Shown here piece by piece: positions 41,058 to 51,961 of a stretch of DNA of 64,000 nt. Under the pieces are notes generated by a model. The model saw only the letters and a program-made list of their open reading frames with translations, had not been told where the DNA came from and did no database searches. The DNA comes from Sedimentisphaeraceae bacterium JB056. GTDB lineage: Bacteria > Planctomycetota > Phycisphaerae > Sedimentisphaerales > Sedimentisphaeraceae. The position numbers and the translations under genes were made by a program. The DNA lies in NCBI GenBank assembly GCA_044440125.1, contig JBITAJ010000027.1, positions 192,001 to 256,000 of the forward strand. The letters run 5' to 3'. Position 1 is the stretch's first letter. The number at the start of each line of letters is the position of its first letter.

Positions 41058-44000
41058 ATGGTTGAATCTGTTTTTGAACGCATAAATGATTTTGGCTCGG
41101 TTCGTATATCTCTGGCAAGTCCGGAGGATATACGCAGCTGGTCTTACGGTGAAGTACGTAAGCCCGAGACTATTAACTACAGAACTTACCGTCCTGAAAG
41201 GGATGGCTTGTTTTGCGAGCGTATATTTGGTCCGGAGCGAGACTACGAATGTGCCTGTGGTAAACACAAAGGTACGAAATTTAAAGGTATAATTTGCGAG
41301 CGTTGCGGTGTTAAAGTTGCTCCAAGTCGTGTCAGACGTAAAAGGATGGGGCATATTAATCTTGCAGCTCCGGTTGTGCACATATGGTTTTTCAAGGCTA
41401 TGCCCAGCCGCTTGAGTACTCTTCTCGGTATGAAGACCGGAGAGCTTGAGAAGGTTGTGTATTTCCAGGACTATGTTGTACTTGATCCGGGTGATACTCC
41501 TCTGGCTCCTAAACAGTTGCTGACAGAGGACGAGTTCCGTGATGCGCAGCGTAAATACGGCAGTGCTTTCAGAGCCGGTATGGGTGCTGAAGCTATCGCT
41601 GAGCTTATAGAAGGTATTGATCTTGAGCTTTTGAGTATAGAGCTTCGTGAAGAGATAAACAATACCGGAAGCAAGCAGAAGATAACCGAATATACAAAAC
41701 GTTTGAAGACGGTCAATTCACTTCGCGAAAGTGGTAACGATCCTCAGAATATGATTCTGAAGGTTTGTCCAGTGATTCCGCCGGATCTTCGCCCGCTTGT
41801 TATGCTTGAGAGCGGCAACTTCGCTACAAGTGATCTTAACGATCTCTACAGGCGTATTATAAATAGAAATAACCGTCTTCGTAAGTTGATGGATCTTAAT
41901 GCTCCTGAAGTTATTATACGTAACGAAAAGCGTATGCTTCAGCAGGCTGTCGATGCATTGCTCGATAACAGCAGATGCCGACGTCCTGTAGTTGGCAGTA
42001 ACAACAGGGCATTGAAATCACTTACTGATATGATTAAGGGTAAGCAGGGACGTTTCCGTGAAAACCTTCTTGGTAAACGTGTTGACTACTCTGCTCGTTC
42101 AGTAATTGTGGTTGGTCCTTGGCTGAAGCTTAATCAGTGTGGTCTTCCTAAGAAGATTGCTCTTGAGCTTTTCCAGCCGTTTATTATCCGTAAACTTAAA
42201 GATCGCGGTTTCGCTGATACAATTAAGAGTGCAAAGAGAATGCTTGAACGCAGAGAAGACTGCGTATGGGATATCCTCGAAGAGGTTATCTATCAGCATC
42301 CTATAATGCTCAACCGTGCACCTACACTTCACCGTATGGGTATACAGGCCTTTGAGCCGGTACTTGTTGAAGGTAATGCTATTATTCTCCATCCGCTTGC
42401 TTGTAAAGGCTTCAACGCTGACTTCGATGGTGACCAGATGGCTGTTCACCTTCCGCTGAGTATTGAAGCGCAGGTTGAGACACATACCTTGGTAATGGCG
42501 ACTAACAATATCTTCTCGCCAGCTAATGGTTCACCTAACCTTACACCTTCACAGGATATCGTACTTGGTAACTACTATATTACCACTATGATGGCTGGCG
42601 AAAAAGGTGAAGGAATGATTTTCCGTGACACTTTTGAAGCGATAAGTGCATGTGATATGGGCATTGTTTCTCTGCACTCAAAGGTTAAGGTTCGTCTGCC
42701 GGAAGGTAAGATGCTCTTTGATGAAAAAGGTGAGAGAGAAGGCGGAGTAGTAGAAACTACACCGGGTCGTTGTATATTCAATGATGTAATACATGATAAA
42801 GCACCTTTCTTCAACCTTGTTATGAGCAGCAAGCAGCTTGGAAAAGTTATTAGCTACTGCTTTAAGTGTTGCGGAAGTGGTGAAACCATTGATATTCTTG
42901 ACAGAGTTAAAGATCTTGGTTTTAGATATTCAACTTTGGCTGGTATAAGTTTCGGTATTACCGACCTTATTATTCCGCCGGAAAAGGTTGAGATTATTGA
43001 TAGAACCCAGAAGATTGTAGATAAGATTATTAAGGGCTACAATGATGGTGTTCTCACTGAAGGTGAGCGATACAACCAGATTATTGACGCCTGGACACAT
43101 GCTCGTATTGAAGTAACAAATGCGATGCTTGACGGTTTCAAAAATGATACTCGTGACGGTAAGCCATACCTCAACCCGATTTGGGTTATGAGACACTCAG
43201 GTGCTCGTGGTAGTGTTGATCAGATTCAGCAGCTGGCAGGTATGCGTGCTCTTATGGCTAAGCCGAGTGGTGAGATTATTGAAACACCGATTAAGTCTAA
43301 CTTCCGCGAAGGCTTGAACGTTCTTGAGTACTTCAGTTCTACACACGGTGCACGTAAGGGATTGGCCGATACCGCTCTTAAGACAGCGGACTCCGGTTAT
43401 CTTACACGTAAGCTTGCTGATGTGGCTCAGAACGTTATTGTTACCTGTGATGAATGCGGAACACTACAAGGAATTACTAAGACTGCCATCTATAAGGGTG
43501 AGCAGGTTGATATATCTCTTGCTAAATTAATAGTAGGTAGAGTTGCACGTGATAATGTCCGTGATCCTCTTCGTGACGAGATGATAATTCGTGAGAACGA
43601 AGTTATAACTCCGGAAGCGGCTGCACGTATTGAAGAGCTTGGTCTGGACGCTATCAGGGTTAGAAGTCCGTTGACATGTGATGCACATACAGGTGTGTGT
43701 GCTAAATGTTACGGATGGGATATGAGTAAGAGCCAGACTGTTGAAAAAGGTATGGCTGTCGGTATAGTTGCCGCACAGTCTATCGGTGAGCCTGGTACAC
43801 AGCTTACTATGCGTACTTTCCATACTGGCGGTATTGCTTCTCGTGCGGTTGTCGAAAGCGACCAAAAAGCACCGCGCGAAGGTTATATTAAATTCCGTGA
43901 GCTTAAGTGCGTTAAGGTTGCCAATCCAGATGGTGATGACTACAATGTTTCATTGAAGCATAGGTCAGAATTGGCAATCGTTGATGAAAAAGGCCGTGAG

Positions 44001-45305
44001 CTTGAAAGCTATCAGATCGAATATGGTTTCGTTATCCATGTTGATGATGAGCAGAAGGTCAAGAAGGGTACAAAGCTCTTCAGTTGGGACCCTCACCGTA
44101 TTCCGATTCTTGCAGAAGTTCCCGGACGTATTCGTCTGCACGATATCATCGAAGGCGAAACAATTCGCTACGAGGAAGATAAATTCCCGATTGTTATCGA
44201 GCATAAAGGTGACAGACACCCGCAGATTGTTATCGAAGACAAGAATGGTACTATTCTCGATGTTCACTACCTGCCTGCTAAGGCACGTATTGAGGTTGAT
44301 GAGGACCAGGACGTCTATGCTGGTGCACTGCTTGCAAGGCTTCCAAGAGGAAGCGGCGGTACACAGGACATTACCGGTGGTCTGCCCCGTGTAACTGAAA
44401 TTTTTGAAGCTCGTAAACCTAAAGAGCCTGCTGCTATGGCTGAGCTTTCTGGTGTTGTTGAACTTCAAAGAGAAAAACGCCGCGGCAAGATGACTATTAT
44501 CATCCGCAACGAAGAGTCTGGCATGGAACGTGAGCATCATGTACCGCGTGACCGTCATCTCAACGTTCATACAGGTGATAAGGTTATGGCTGGTGATCCT
44601 CTAACACAGGGTCCGCTTGTGCCGCATGATATTCTCAGAATTCGTGGTGAAGAAGCTCTGCAAGCTTACTTGCTTGGTGAGATACAGAATGTTTACCGTG
44701 CACAGAATGTAAATATCAATGATAAGCACGTTGAAGTGATTGTTTCACAGATGTTGCGTAAAGTTGAAATAACTTCTGTTGGTGATTCTGAATTCCTGCC
44801 TGGTGAGGTTGTTGACAAGAACGAATTCCGTAAGGCAACTGCTTCACTTGCCGATAGTCTGATAGTGACCGAGGCTGGAGATACTACATTGAAGGTCGGT
44901 TCACTTGTTTCCAAGGCACAAATGTCTGAAGAAAATGAAAAAGCTGAATCGCTGCTTGGCGATCCTGCAAAGGGCAAGAAACCTAAACAACCGACAGCTA
45001 ATACTTTATTGCTCGGTATTACAAAGGCTTCATTGCAGTCTGACAGTTTTATTTCTGCGGCAAGTTTCCAGGAAACAACAAAAGTCTTGACTGAGGCAGC
45101 GTTAAGTGGTAAAATTGACGATCTTCGTGGCTTGAAGGAGAATGTTATCCTGGGCCACTTGATTCCTGCGGGTACCGGTTTCCGAAGTTATGTTGAGATG
45201 GAAGTTAAACATCTTACTGCTGAGCCGGTTCACGAGGATCTTAAAGACGCTAAAGATGCTGATGCAGCAGCTGATGCGGCAATCAGGGAAGCTTTAGGCT
45301 TATAA
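41058..45305 (+). CDS. rpoC: RNA polymerase beta' subunit
   Basis: [12 protein letters not shown] catalytic motif; zinc-finger cysteines. Confidence 0.99.
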   Translation: MVESVFERINDFGSVRISLASPEDIRSWSYGEVRKPETINYRTYRPERDGLFCERIFGPERDYECACGKHKGTKFKGIICERCGVKVAPSRVRRKRMGHINLAAPVVHIWFFKAMPSRLSTLLGMKTGELEKVVYFQDYVVLDPGDTPLAPKQLLTEDEFRDAQRKYGSAFRAGMGAEAIAELIEGIDLELLSIELREEINNTGSKQKITEYTKRLKTVNSLRESGNDPQNMILKVCPVIPPDLRPLVMLESGNFATSDLNDLYRRIINRNNRLRKLMDLNAPEVIIRNEKRMLQQAVDALLDNSRCRRPVVGSNNRALKSLTDMIKGKQGRFRENLLGKRVDYSARSVIVVGPWLKLNQCGLPKKIALELFQPFIIRKLKDRGFADTIKSAKRMLERREDCVWDILEEVIYQHPIMLNRAPTLHRMGIQAFEPVLVEGNAIILHPLACKGFNADFDGDQMAVHLPLSIEAQVETHTLVMATNNIFSPANGSPNLTPSQDIVLGNYYITTMMAGEKGEGMIFRDTFEAISACDMGIVSLHSKVKVRLPEGKMLFDEKGEREGGVVETTPGRCIFNDVIHDKAPFFNLVMSSKQLGKVISYCFKCCGSGETIDILDRVKDLGFRYSTLAGISFGITDLIIPPEKVEIIDRTQKIVDKIIKGYNDGVLTEGERYNQIIDAWTHARIEVTNAMLDGFKNDTRDGKPYLNPIWVMRHSGARGSVDQIQQLAGMRALMAKPSGEIIETPIKSNFREGLNVLEYFSSTHGARKGLADTALKTADSGYLTRKLADVAQNVIVTCDECGTLQGITKTAIYKGEQVDISLAKLIVGRVARDNVRDPLRDEMIIRENEVITPEAAARIEELGLDAIRVRSPLTCDAHTGVCAKCYGWDMSKSQTVEKGMAVGIVAAQSIGEPGTQLTMRTFHTGGIASRAVVESDQKAPREGYIKFRELKCVKVANPDGDDYNVSLKHRSELAIVDEKGRELESYQIEYGFVIHVDDEQKVKKGTKLFSWDPHRIPILAEVPGRIRLHDIIEGETIRYEEDKFPIVIEHKGDRHPQIVIEDKNGTILDVHYLPAKARIEVDEDQDVYAGALLARLPRGSGGTQDITGGLPRVTEIFEARKPKEPAAMAELSGVVELQREKRRGKMTIIIRNEESGMEREHHVPRDRHLNVHTGDKVMAGDPLTQGPLVPHDILRIRGEEALQAYLLGEIQNVYRAQNVNINDKHVEVIVSQMLRKVEITSVGDSEFLPGEVVDKNEFRKATASLADSLIVTEAGDTTLKVGSLVSKAQMSEENEKAESLLGDPAKGKKPKQPTANTLLLGITKASLQSDSFISAASFQETTKVLTEAALSGKIDDLRGLKENVILGHLIPAGTGFRSYVEMEVKHLTAEPVHEDLKDAKDADAAADAAIREALGL

Positions 45306-45314
45306 TTTTAATAG

Positions 45315-45390
45315 TAACAGGTAAGTGATAGGTTATAAGTAGTAAGGCAAAAGCCAAAACTTAAAACTTAGAACTGAAAACTTAAAACTT
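45315..45390 (+). repeat. Heptamer tandem repeats in the rpoC-rpsL spacer
   Basis: AAAACTT AAAACTT AGAACTG AAAACTT AAAACTT at 45356-45390, preceded by degenerate 7-periodic units. Confidence 0.75.
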
Positions 45391-45410
45391 AAAAAAAAGG
45401 TATATAGGGT

Positions 45411-45776
45411 ATGCCAACTATAAATCAGTTAGTACGCAAGGGACGTAAAAACAAAAGCAAAAAACGTGTATCGGACATCTCAGGTTGTCCGCAGAAGCGT
45501 GGTGTTTGTCTTATCGTAAGAACACAGACACCTAAGAAACCTAACTCGGCTCTTAGAAAGATTGCTCGTGTGCGTCTTACTAATGGCGAAGAGGTAACGG
45601 CTTATATTCCAGGTATTGACCACAACCTTCAGGAGCATAGTACAGTTGTGATCCGTGGCGGTCGTGTTCGTGACCTTCCTGGTGTTCGTTATCACATCGT
45701 TCGTGGTAGCCTTGATACTGCCGGCGTAAGCGGTCGTAAGCAGGGTAGAAGTAAGTATGGTGCTAAGAAGTCGTAA
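45411..45776 (+). CDS. rpsL: 30S ribosomal protein S12
   Basis: [31 protein letters not shown] motifs. Confidence 0.99.
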   Translation: MPTINQLVRKGRKNKSKKRVSDISGCPQKRGVCLIVRTQTPKKPNSALRKIARVRLTNGEEVTAYIPGIDHNLQEHSTVVIRGGRVRDLPGVRYHIVRGSLDTAGVSGRKQGRSKYGAKKS

Positions 45777-45809
45777 TTGTTTGGTTTGATAAGAATAAAG
45801 GTCTAACAA

Positions 45810-46283
45810 ATGGCAAAGAAATTTACTGCGTCAGCGACACAATTGAAGGCTGATCCGGTTTACGGAAACAAGCTGGTGTCTAAGTTCGTAAACTGTCTTA
45901 TGTATGATGGTAAGAAAAGCGTTGCACGTAAGGTATTTTATGATGCAATGGCTATAATCGAGAAGCGTGTTTCAGACGCAAAGCCTCTTGAGGTGTTTGA
46001 AACAGCTATCAATAACGTAAAACCTATGCTTGAAGTAAGAAGCAAACGTGTTGGTGGAGCCAGTTATCAGGTTCCTATGCAGGTTGCTCCTAAGCGTCAG
46101 CAGTCATTGGCTTTCCGTTGGATACTGAATGCTACACGCAGCAAGAAGGGCAAACCTATGGCTCAGATTCTTGCGCAAGAGCTTCTTGATGCTTATAAGG
46201 GTGAAGGTGCGGCTATGACTATGCGTGAAAACGTGCATAGAATGGCTGATGCTAACAAGGCATTCGCACACTTCGCTTGGTAA
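45810..46283 (+). CDS. rpsG: 30S ribosomal protein S7
   Basis: [29 protein letters not shown] motifs. Confidence 0.99.
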   Translation: MAKKFTASATQLKADPVYGNKLVSKFVNCLMYDGKKSVARKVFYDAMAIIEKRVSDAKPLEVFETAINNVKPMLEVRSKRVGGASYQVPMQVAPKRQQSLAFRWILNATRSKKGKPMAQILAQELLDAYKGEGAAMTMRENVHRMADANKAFAHFAW

Positions 46284-46313
46284 TTACCTGATTACCACGA
46301 TAGAAAATATGAT

Positions 46314-46419
46314 AGTCGCACTGTCTTTCACGGCAGCGCGACTTTTCTTGATTTTAAAATTTATTGTATGCAATAAGTAAAATAAAGCCGGCTGAATCAG
46401 TTTCAACCGGCTTTATTTT
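46314..46419. terminator. Two tandem terminator hairpins after rpsG; the second is bidirectional
   Basis: AGTCGCACTG/CAGCGCGACT followed by Ts; AATAAAGCCGG/CCGGCTTTATT. Confidence 0.75.
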
Positions 46420-46432
46420 ACTTACGAGTTTT

Positions 46433-46509
46433 GCCCGCTCATTAGCAGTCGCGGTACTGACGTTGGTCTATCCATATCCAACAGTACCTCAGGCCGGTAG
46501 GGAGCGGGC
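46433..46509. repeat. REP-like inverted pair
   Basis: GCCCGCTCATTAGCAGTCGCGGTACTG ... CAGTACCTCAGGCCGGTAGGGAGCGGGC. Confidence 0.8.
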
Positions 46510-46519
46510 TTATATGTTG

Positions 46520-47428
46520 CTATTCGGTATAGAATTCATCGAGCATCGGCATTGAATCCATTGCTCCATGACGTGTTACCGATATTGAGCTTGCTTTTAC
46601 CGCATACTCCACAGCAGCGAACGTGTCAAATCCTTTTGCCAGGAACGCACAGAATACGCCGCAGAAACAATCTCCCGCGCCTATCGTGTTGATCGCCTTG
46701 ACTTTCGGCGGTGTGATTTGCCTGCGATTGCCGCCGCTTGATACGTAGCAGCCTCTTTCGCCAAGCGTTATGATTGCTTCGTCTATTCCCAGTTCGTGAA
46801 GCTTGTCAACGCATTTGTCCAGGCTTTCCTGATCTGTGATCTTTATGCCTGTTATGAGTTGTGCTTCGGTTTCGTTTGGGATGATGCAGTCTGTTTTTGC
46901 GAGAAGCTCGGTGCTCATCTCTCTCGCCGGAGCGGGGTTGAGGATGACCTTCGTATCTTCTGATGTTACTGCCTTGGCAACCTGTATGTTGACCTCTTCA
47001 GGCACTTCATTCTGAAGCAATACTACCTTGCTTGCATTGAGCATCTCTGTACTCTTCTCAATCTGCTCAGAAGAGATACAGCCGTTGGCTCCGGCATAGA
47101 TTGTGATTGCATTATTGCCGCTGGTAGTGAGGTAGATAAGGGCGACACCTGTAGGCGTATCAACATCCCACATTGCATCACATATAATGCCTTCCTGTGC
47201 GAATTTGTCCCTGAAAAGCTTGCCGTTATCATCGTTACCTACGCAACCGAGAAAAGCAGTTTTAGCTTTTGCACGTGCTGCACCTACCGCCTGATTTGAA
47301 CCTTTGCCGCCGCAGCATATTTGATAGCTGAGCCCCTTTAGTGTTTCACCTTCCTCGGGCATACGCTCCACAGTTACCGTCTGGTCGACATTTGCGCTGC
47401 CTACTACGAACACATCGTATTCCGACAT
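46520..47428 (-). CDS. rbsK: Ribokinase (PfkB family)
   Basis: GSANVD, GGKGSNQA, LQNE, NPAPA, PNETEA, NTIGAGDCF motifs. Confidence 0.9.
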   Translation of the reverse strand: MSEYDVFVVGSANVDQTVTVERMPEEGETLKGLSYQICCGGKGSNQAVGAARAKAKTAFLGCVGNDDNGKLFRDKFAQEGIICDAMWDVDTPTGVALIYLTTSGNNAITIYAGANGCISSEQIEKSTEMLNASKVVLLQNEVPEEVNIQVAKAVTSEDTKVILNPAPAREMSTELLAKTDCIIPNETEAQLITGIKITDQESLDKCVDKLHELGIDEAIITLGERGCYVSSGGNRRQITPPKVKAINTIGAGDCFCGVFCAFLAKGFDTFAAVEYAVKASSISVTRHGAMDSMPMLDEFYTE

Positions 47429-47542
47429 TTCTTGTATCCTTTTCCTATTATATTGCTAACAACAAAAGAGGCTCGACGAAACAAACCTTTCCGCCGAACC
47501 CCTTAAACCTTTTTGCTTATCAATCAGAATCTGTAAACAGAT

Positions 47543-48838
47543 TTATTTTTCTTCAGTTTTCGGTTCCCAGATTTCCTTGATATCTGTGAAGTAGACTATT
47601 ACTTTTGACGTGTTTACATCCGGTTCGACTTCACCGTTTAGGCCGATTTTCTTGCCTATGAGTTTTTCAGCCTTGTTCTTGATATCTGAAGATGTTGGTA
47701 TCGCATATGCTACGATAGAATCCTTGTCATCCTTTACCGCATATCTGAAATCGCCGCTTTCGGTTGTGTAGACATAGCTCTTTGCAAGAGTTCCGATCAT
47801 TACGTAGCCGGTTGTAGCGTTGATTTCTTCCATCTCTTTCTTGAGATTCTTGCGTATTTCGCTTCTTAGCTTAACGAGCTCTGAATCCTGCTGACGGATG
47901 GCTTCATCTGCAAGCTGTGCGGCTTGGTATCTCTCTACAACATCTATTAATGACTGGGCGAATTTTACGGCACGTCCATTTTCAGGCTCTGCAATTATTG
48001 CCTCAAGGCTGGTTTTGATTTCGGTATAGTCCTGAACGGCAAGCGGTTTTTGCTTTTCTTCCTTCACCTTTTCAGTTAGGACGAGGTAAGCATCAATCGC
48101 TTCCATCTCTTTGGTGTTTACCTTTACTTCAGGTTCCTTCGGCTGGACGGGCTGTTCTTCTGGCTTTGCTTCTTCTTCTGCCGGCTGCTCAATATCCTCT
48201 GATAACGGTTTGTCGAGGTCGATATCTTCGCCGTCGGCTACCGCGTCGGCTGGTTCCTCGGGTGTTTCTTCCGCGTTGTCTACGGCGTCCTTAGGTGCAA
48301 CCTTCGGCTCGGCTGGTATCTCGTTATCATTTTTTGGCATAAACTTTGAAAGCGGGCCGACATACTTGAGGTATGAAGAGTTGATCCAAAGTGAGGCATC
48401 GTCCGGCGGCAGAATCTTGTAGTAATCGCCTTCGGGTTTGCCTGCGAATTTCACGACAGCGCCCTTGTCGAGCGTTGTCTGTCTGCTGGAAGAGTGTATT
48501 GCCGAGACGTATGGAGAACCTACCCATACGTTGACTTTGTTGCCGGTTACCTCGCCTGTGGCATCATCTTTCTTTGCTACGTATTTCTGGGCTATCCATG
48601 AGAAGCTTCCCTTTGGCGGCTTTATCTCTGAGAATCCGAACTGCTCACCTTTTACAATGACGTTTGTCGGTTCTGAGAGCCTGCCGCAACGATAGTGGTT
48701 GACGCCGGCGCCGGCTCTGGTGTTGACGTTCTCGCCTATGACCTGAGCGACGTAAGGATATTTGTTTTCAGCGAATCCTGTCGTGCAAACGATGAACAAG
48801 GCGGTTATTAAAACCGGTATATATTTATTCAATCTCAT
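47543..48838 (-). CDS. Secreted protein with two SH3b-like domains, an acidic linker and a helical C-terminal region
   Basis: Signal peptide; repeated V.G..VN.R/W.G ... I.PP.....WI...Y(V/L) units. Confidence 0.7.
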   Translation of the reverse strand: MRLNKYIPVLITALFIVCTTGFAENKYPYVAQVIGENVNTRAGAGVNHYRCGRLSEPTNVIVKGEQFGFSEIKPPKGSFSWIAQKYVAKKDDATGEVTGNKVNVWVGSPYVSAIHSSSRQTTLDKGAVVKFAGKPEGDYYKILPPDDASLWINSSYLKYVGPLSKFMPKNDNEIPAEPKVAPKDAVDNAEETPEEPADAVADGEDIDLDKPLSEDIEQPAEEEAKPEEQPVQPKEPEVKVNTKEMEAIDAYLVLTEKVKEEKQKPLAVQDYTEIKTSLEAIIAEPENGRAVKFAQSLIDVVERYQAAQLADEAIRQQDSELVKLRSEIRKNLKKEMEEINATTGYVMIGTLAKSYVYTTESGDFRYAVKDDKDSIVAYAIPTSSDIKNKAEKLIGKKIGLNGEVEPDVNTSKVIVYFTDIKEIWEPKTEEK

Positions 48839-49039
48839 CTTAAATCTCCTGATGCTGTTAGATTATCAAGATAATTTCGGGCAAAGCACATACTTATGCC
48901 TACAAAACTCCTAATATACATCACTTAAACTATTTATACCATGATTTTATACTTAAAAACGTAAATTTCAAACCGTAAATCATAATTTTTGCTAATTGTT
49001 ACGCTATTAATGCAGCTTGCGCGTTTGTGTTTTTTTTGA

Positions 49040-50020
49040 GATAGGCAAGAGGCATTTGGCATAAGGCATTAGAATAGGCATAAGGCACAAGGCGATAGGC
49101 AATAGTGTGTTGAGTAAGTTGTTGTATTAGGCTGGTTTATGGGGGTTTCTGCCCGCTTCCTTTCGGGCGCAGTACTGTAGATGATGGGGTGAGGAAAATT
49201 TTTTAATTTTTTAGAATTGGCAATAGTGTTTGGGCGATTTTGTGCGAAAATGCAAGCAACTTGGACACTTGGTTTGTGCCTGATAGCAAGATAGTATAAC
49301 TTTTTTTGACCTGAATTTAACCAAAAGTGGTCTCAAATGCGCCCAAAGGCGCGCTTTTTGTTCACTTTTTGACGATTTTTGGTCAAAAATGGCCTGAATT
49401 TGAAAAAGTCTCACAGGTTTGTGGAAAAAATTGGAATTTAATGATATTATCGTGCTATTTTCTGGGTTTAGAGGCTTCGAAATGGGTTTTTAACCACGAA
49501 TCACACGAAGTTCACAAAAATACTTAACGCAAGGACGCTAAGACGCATAATTATATAGATAGCAGTGAGTAGATAATATGGCTTTCGCCGTGAGGGGGTG
49601 ATAATTTATTGTTTTTGCTTGAAGTTTTTTATGGACTGTATGGACGAGATTGACATAATGGAATTAGCTATTAGTGGACAATTAGGAATTACGAATTAGG
49701 AATTAGGTGTCAGCGATTAGCTATAAGCAGTAAGCTGGAAAAGTTCAATAGTAAGATGCAAGGATTGAAAGAACTACTAATTGTTTTTTTACCATGAAGA
49801 GATTTAAGGGCTTGAAGTTTTTAGCAGATTTTTTTGGGACGGAATTACAGGGTTTTATGGGATTGATGGGGTTTTTATGGACTCTATTGACGAAATGGAC
49901 ATAATGGACGTAGTTATGTTTAGCGATCAGCTATATTAAACCACTGATGGCTTGGAGGCTCACAGAGGATTTAGACGGAATTTTTTTGTTAGACAGGATA
50001 ACTGGATTTTACAGGATTTT
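49040..50020 (+). repeat. Non-coding mosaic of degenerate 7-9-nt tandem repeats plus a REP-like half unit
   Basis: (T/A)AGGCAN heptamers at 49042-49105; REP-like unit 49151-49177; CACGAA repeats ~49495; AATTAGG/AATTACG at 49680-49707; duplicated TATGGAC...GACATAATGGA at ~49630 and ~49877. Confidence 0.7.
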
Positions 50021-50026
50021 TTATAT

Positions 50027-51754
50027 ATGATGAATTTTCAGGATAAGGCTAATTTTATCTGGCAGGTTGCGGATGATATTCTTCGCGGGGCGTTTAAGCA
50101 GCATGAGTATGGAGAGGTTATCTTGCCTTTTGTGGTGCTGAGGCGTCTGGACTGTGTGCTTGAGGATAGAAAAGATGAAGTGATAGCCACTTATGAGCAG
50201 TATAAGGATGTTCTACCTGATACAACGCAGGTGTGTATTGCGGCAACGAGGAAGGATAAGCAGGATAAGGGGCTTAATTTTTACAATACTTCCCATTATG
50301 ATCTTCGCCGTCTTACGCAGGATGCGGATAATATCGAACTCAATTTCAACAACTATATCAACGGCTACAGCAAGAATGTACGTGATATTATTGAAAATTT
50401 TCAGATAGATAAGGTTGTGGGGAAGCTGGTTAAAAACGGCTATCTCTATCAGCTTGTTGATAAGTTTACAGAGGTTGAGCTCCATCCTGATATTGTGTCC
50501 AATCATCAGATGGGGTATATATTTGAGGAGCTTTTGAGGCGGTTTTCGGAGATGTCTAATGAGACAGCCGGTGAGCATTATACGCCAAGAGAGGTTATCC
50601 GGCTGATGGTGAATATTATGTTTGCCGAGCATAAGAATGAGCTTGAGGGTGAGGGGATCATCAGGACGGTGTTTGACCCTGCTTGCGGCACGGGCGGAAT
50701 GCTTACTACAGCCAAGGAGTTTATCCAAGAGCATATCAACGATAAGGTTGAAGTGCATATGTTTGGGCAGGAGCTTAACGAGCAGACTTATGCTATCGCT
50801 AAATCCGATGTTCTTATAATGGGAGAGCAGGAAGGTAATATCAGGCAGGGGACGAGCTTCAGCGATGATAAGTTTGCGGATATGCAGTTTGATTATATGC
50901 TTACTAATCCGCCTTTTGGCGTGTCGTGGAAGAAGGAAAAGACTTTTATCACGAACGAGGCAAAGAATCCATGCGGCAGGTTTTCTGCGGGGACGCCGCG
51001 AATATCAGATGGTGCGCTGCTGTTTTTACAGCATATGATAAGCAAGATGGAGGTGAACGGCTCAAGGATAGCGATAATTTTCAACGGCTCGCCTCTGTTT
51101 ACAGGAGATGCCGGAAGCGGTGAGAGTGAAATACGCAAATGGATAATTGAAAATGACTGGCTTGAGGCTGTTGTGGCTTTGCCTACGGAGCTTTTTTATA
51201 ATACGGGCATCGCAACGTATATATGGGTTGTTACTAATCGCAAGAAAGAAAAGCGGCGGGGGAAGGTGCAGCTTGTGAACGCGGCGGGATTTTTCTCGAA
51301 GATGAGAAAGAGCCTTGGCAGTAAGCGAAATTATATTACTAATGAGCAGATTGCGGAGATTACAGATATTTACAGGCAGTTTGAGGATGGGAAGTATTGC
51401 AAGATATTCGATAATGACGATTTCGGATATACGAAGGTTACCGTTGAGCGGCCTTTGATGGCGGATGGGACGCCTGTAACTGATAAGAAGGGCAATCCGA
51501 AGGTAGATACAAAGCTGCGCGATTATGAGAAGATACCTTTAAGGCTGGATATTGATGAGTATTTTGAGCGGGAAGTGGTGCCGCACGTGCCTGATGCGTG
51601 GATGGATAGAAGCAAGGATAAGGTGGGGTATGAGATTAATTTTACAAAATATTTTTATGAGTATAAACCGCTTAGACCGCTTGAAGAGATTAAGGCGGAT
51701 ATTTTAGCCCTTGAAAATGAGACTGAAGGACTTTTGAAGGAGATACTGGAATGA
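50027..51754 (+). CDS. hsdM: Type I R-M methyltransferase subunit (m6A)
   Basis: FIWQVADD.LRG, GEHYTPREV, FDPACGTGGML (motif I), NPPF (motif IV). Confidence 0.96.
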   Translation: MMNFQDKANFIWQVADDILRGAFKQHEYGEVILPFVVLRRLDCVLEDRKDEVIATYEQYKDVLPDTTQVCIAATRKDKQDKGLNFYNTSHYDLRRLTQDADNIELNFNNYINGYSKNVRDIIENFQIDKVVGKLVKNGYLYQLVDKFTEVELHPDIVSNHQMGYIFEELLRRFSEMSNETAGEHYTPREVIRLMVNIMFAEHKNELEGEGIIRTVFDPACGTGGMLTTAKEFIQEHINDKVEVHMFGQELNEQTYAIAKSDVLIMGEQEGNIRQGTSFSDDKFADMQFDYMLTNPPFGVSWKKEKTFITNEAKNPCGRFSAGTPRISDGALLFLQHMISKMEVNGSRIAIIFNGSPLFTGDAGSGESEIRKWIIENDWLEAVVALPTELFYNTGIATYIWVVTNRKKEKRRGKVQLVNAAGFFSKMRKSLGSKRNYITNEQIAEITDIYRQFEDGKYCKIFDNDDFGYTKVTVERPLMADGTPVTDKKGNPKVDTKLRDYEKIPLRLDIDEYFEREVVPHVPDAWMDRSKDKVGYEINFTKYFYEYKPLRPLEEIKADILALENETEGLLKEILE

Positions 51755-51814
51755 GTGAAACGGGTTTTAAGCACGAGATTAATTGTTAATTGACAATTGA
51801 AAATTGAAAATGGA

Positions 51815-51840
51815 TAATTGAGGTGTTCGCTGTTGCTCAC
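51815..51840 (+). repeat. Dispersed intergenic repeat (copy of 27842-27867) inside an AATTGA-heptamer tract
   Basis: TAATTGAGGTGTTCGCTGTTGCTCAC. Confidence 0.75.
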
Positions 51841-51961
51841 GATTTTTTATGGCTTACGCCGTGATGTGGATTTTACGGGATTGATTTTTTGACGGGATTA
51901 ATTGACAATTGATAATTGGGCATATAGGTCTGATAAGACTTATAATTGCGAATTTAAGGAT

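Noticed and set aside
32027..45809. Many 60-260 aa antisense or alternative-frame ORFs over tuf, rpl, rpoB, rpoC and rpsL
   Set aside because: Shadow ORFs caused by codon bias in highly expressed genes; no motifs recognised.
49211..49527. ORFs 49211..49414 (-) and 49327..49527 (+)
   Set aside because: They lie in low-complexity repeat DNA and have no RBS or recognisable domain.
49040..50020. Possible CRISPR array in the repeat-rich region
   Set aside because: Units are 7-9 nt and tandem or degenerate. There is no 23-47-nt constant repeat with unique spacers and no cas gene.
49952..50026. ORF-track N-terminal extensions of hsdM (likewise hsdS, rplK, rplL, argB, mnmA and LacI)
   Set aside because: The extensions run through repeats or regulatory DNA. 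Downstream ATGs fit family N-termini and RBS positions better.
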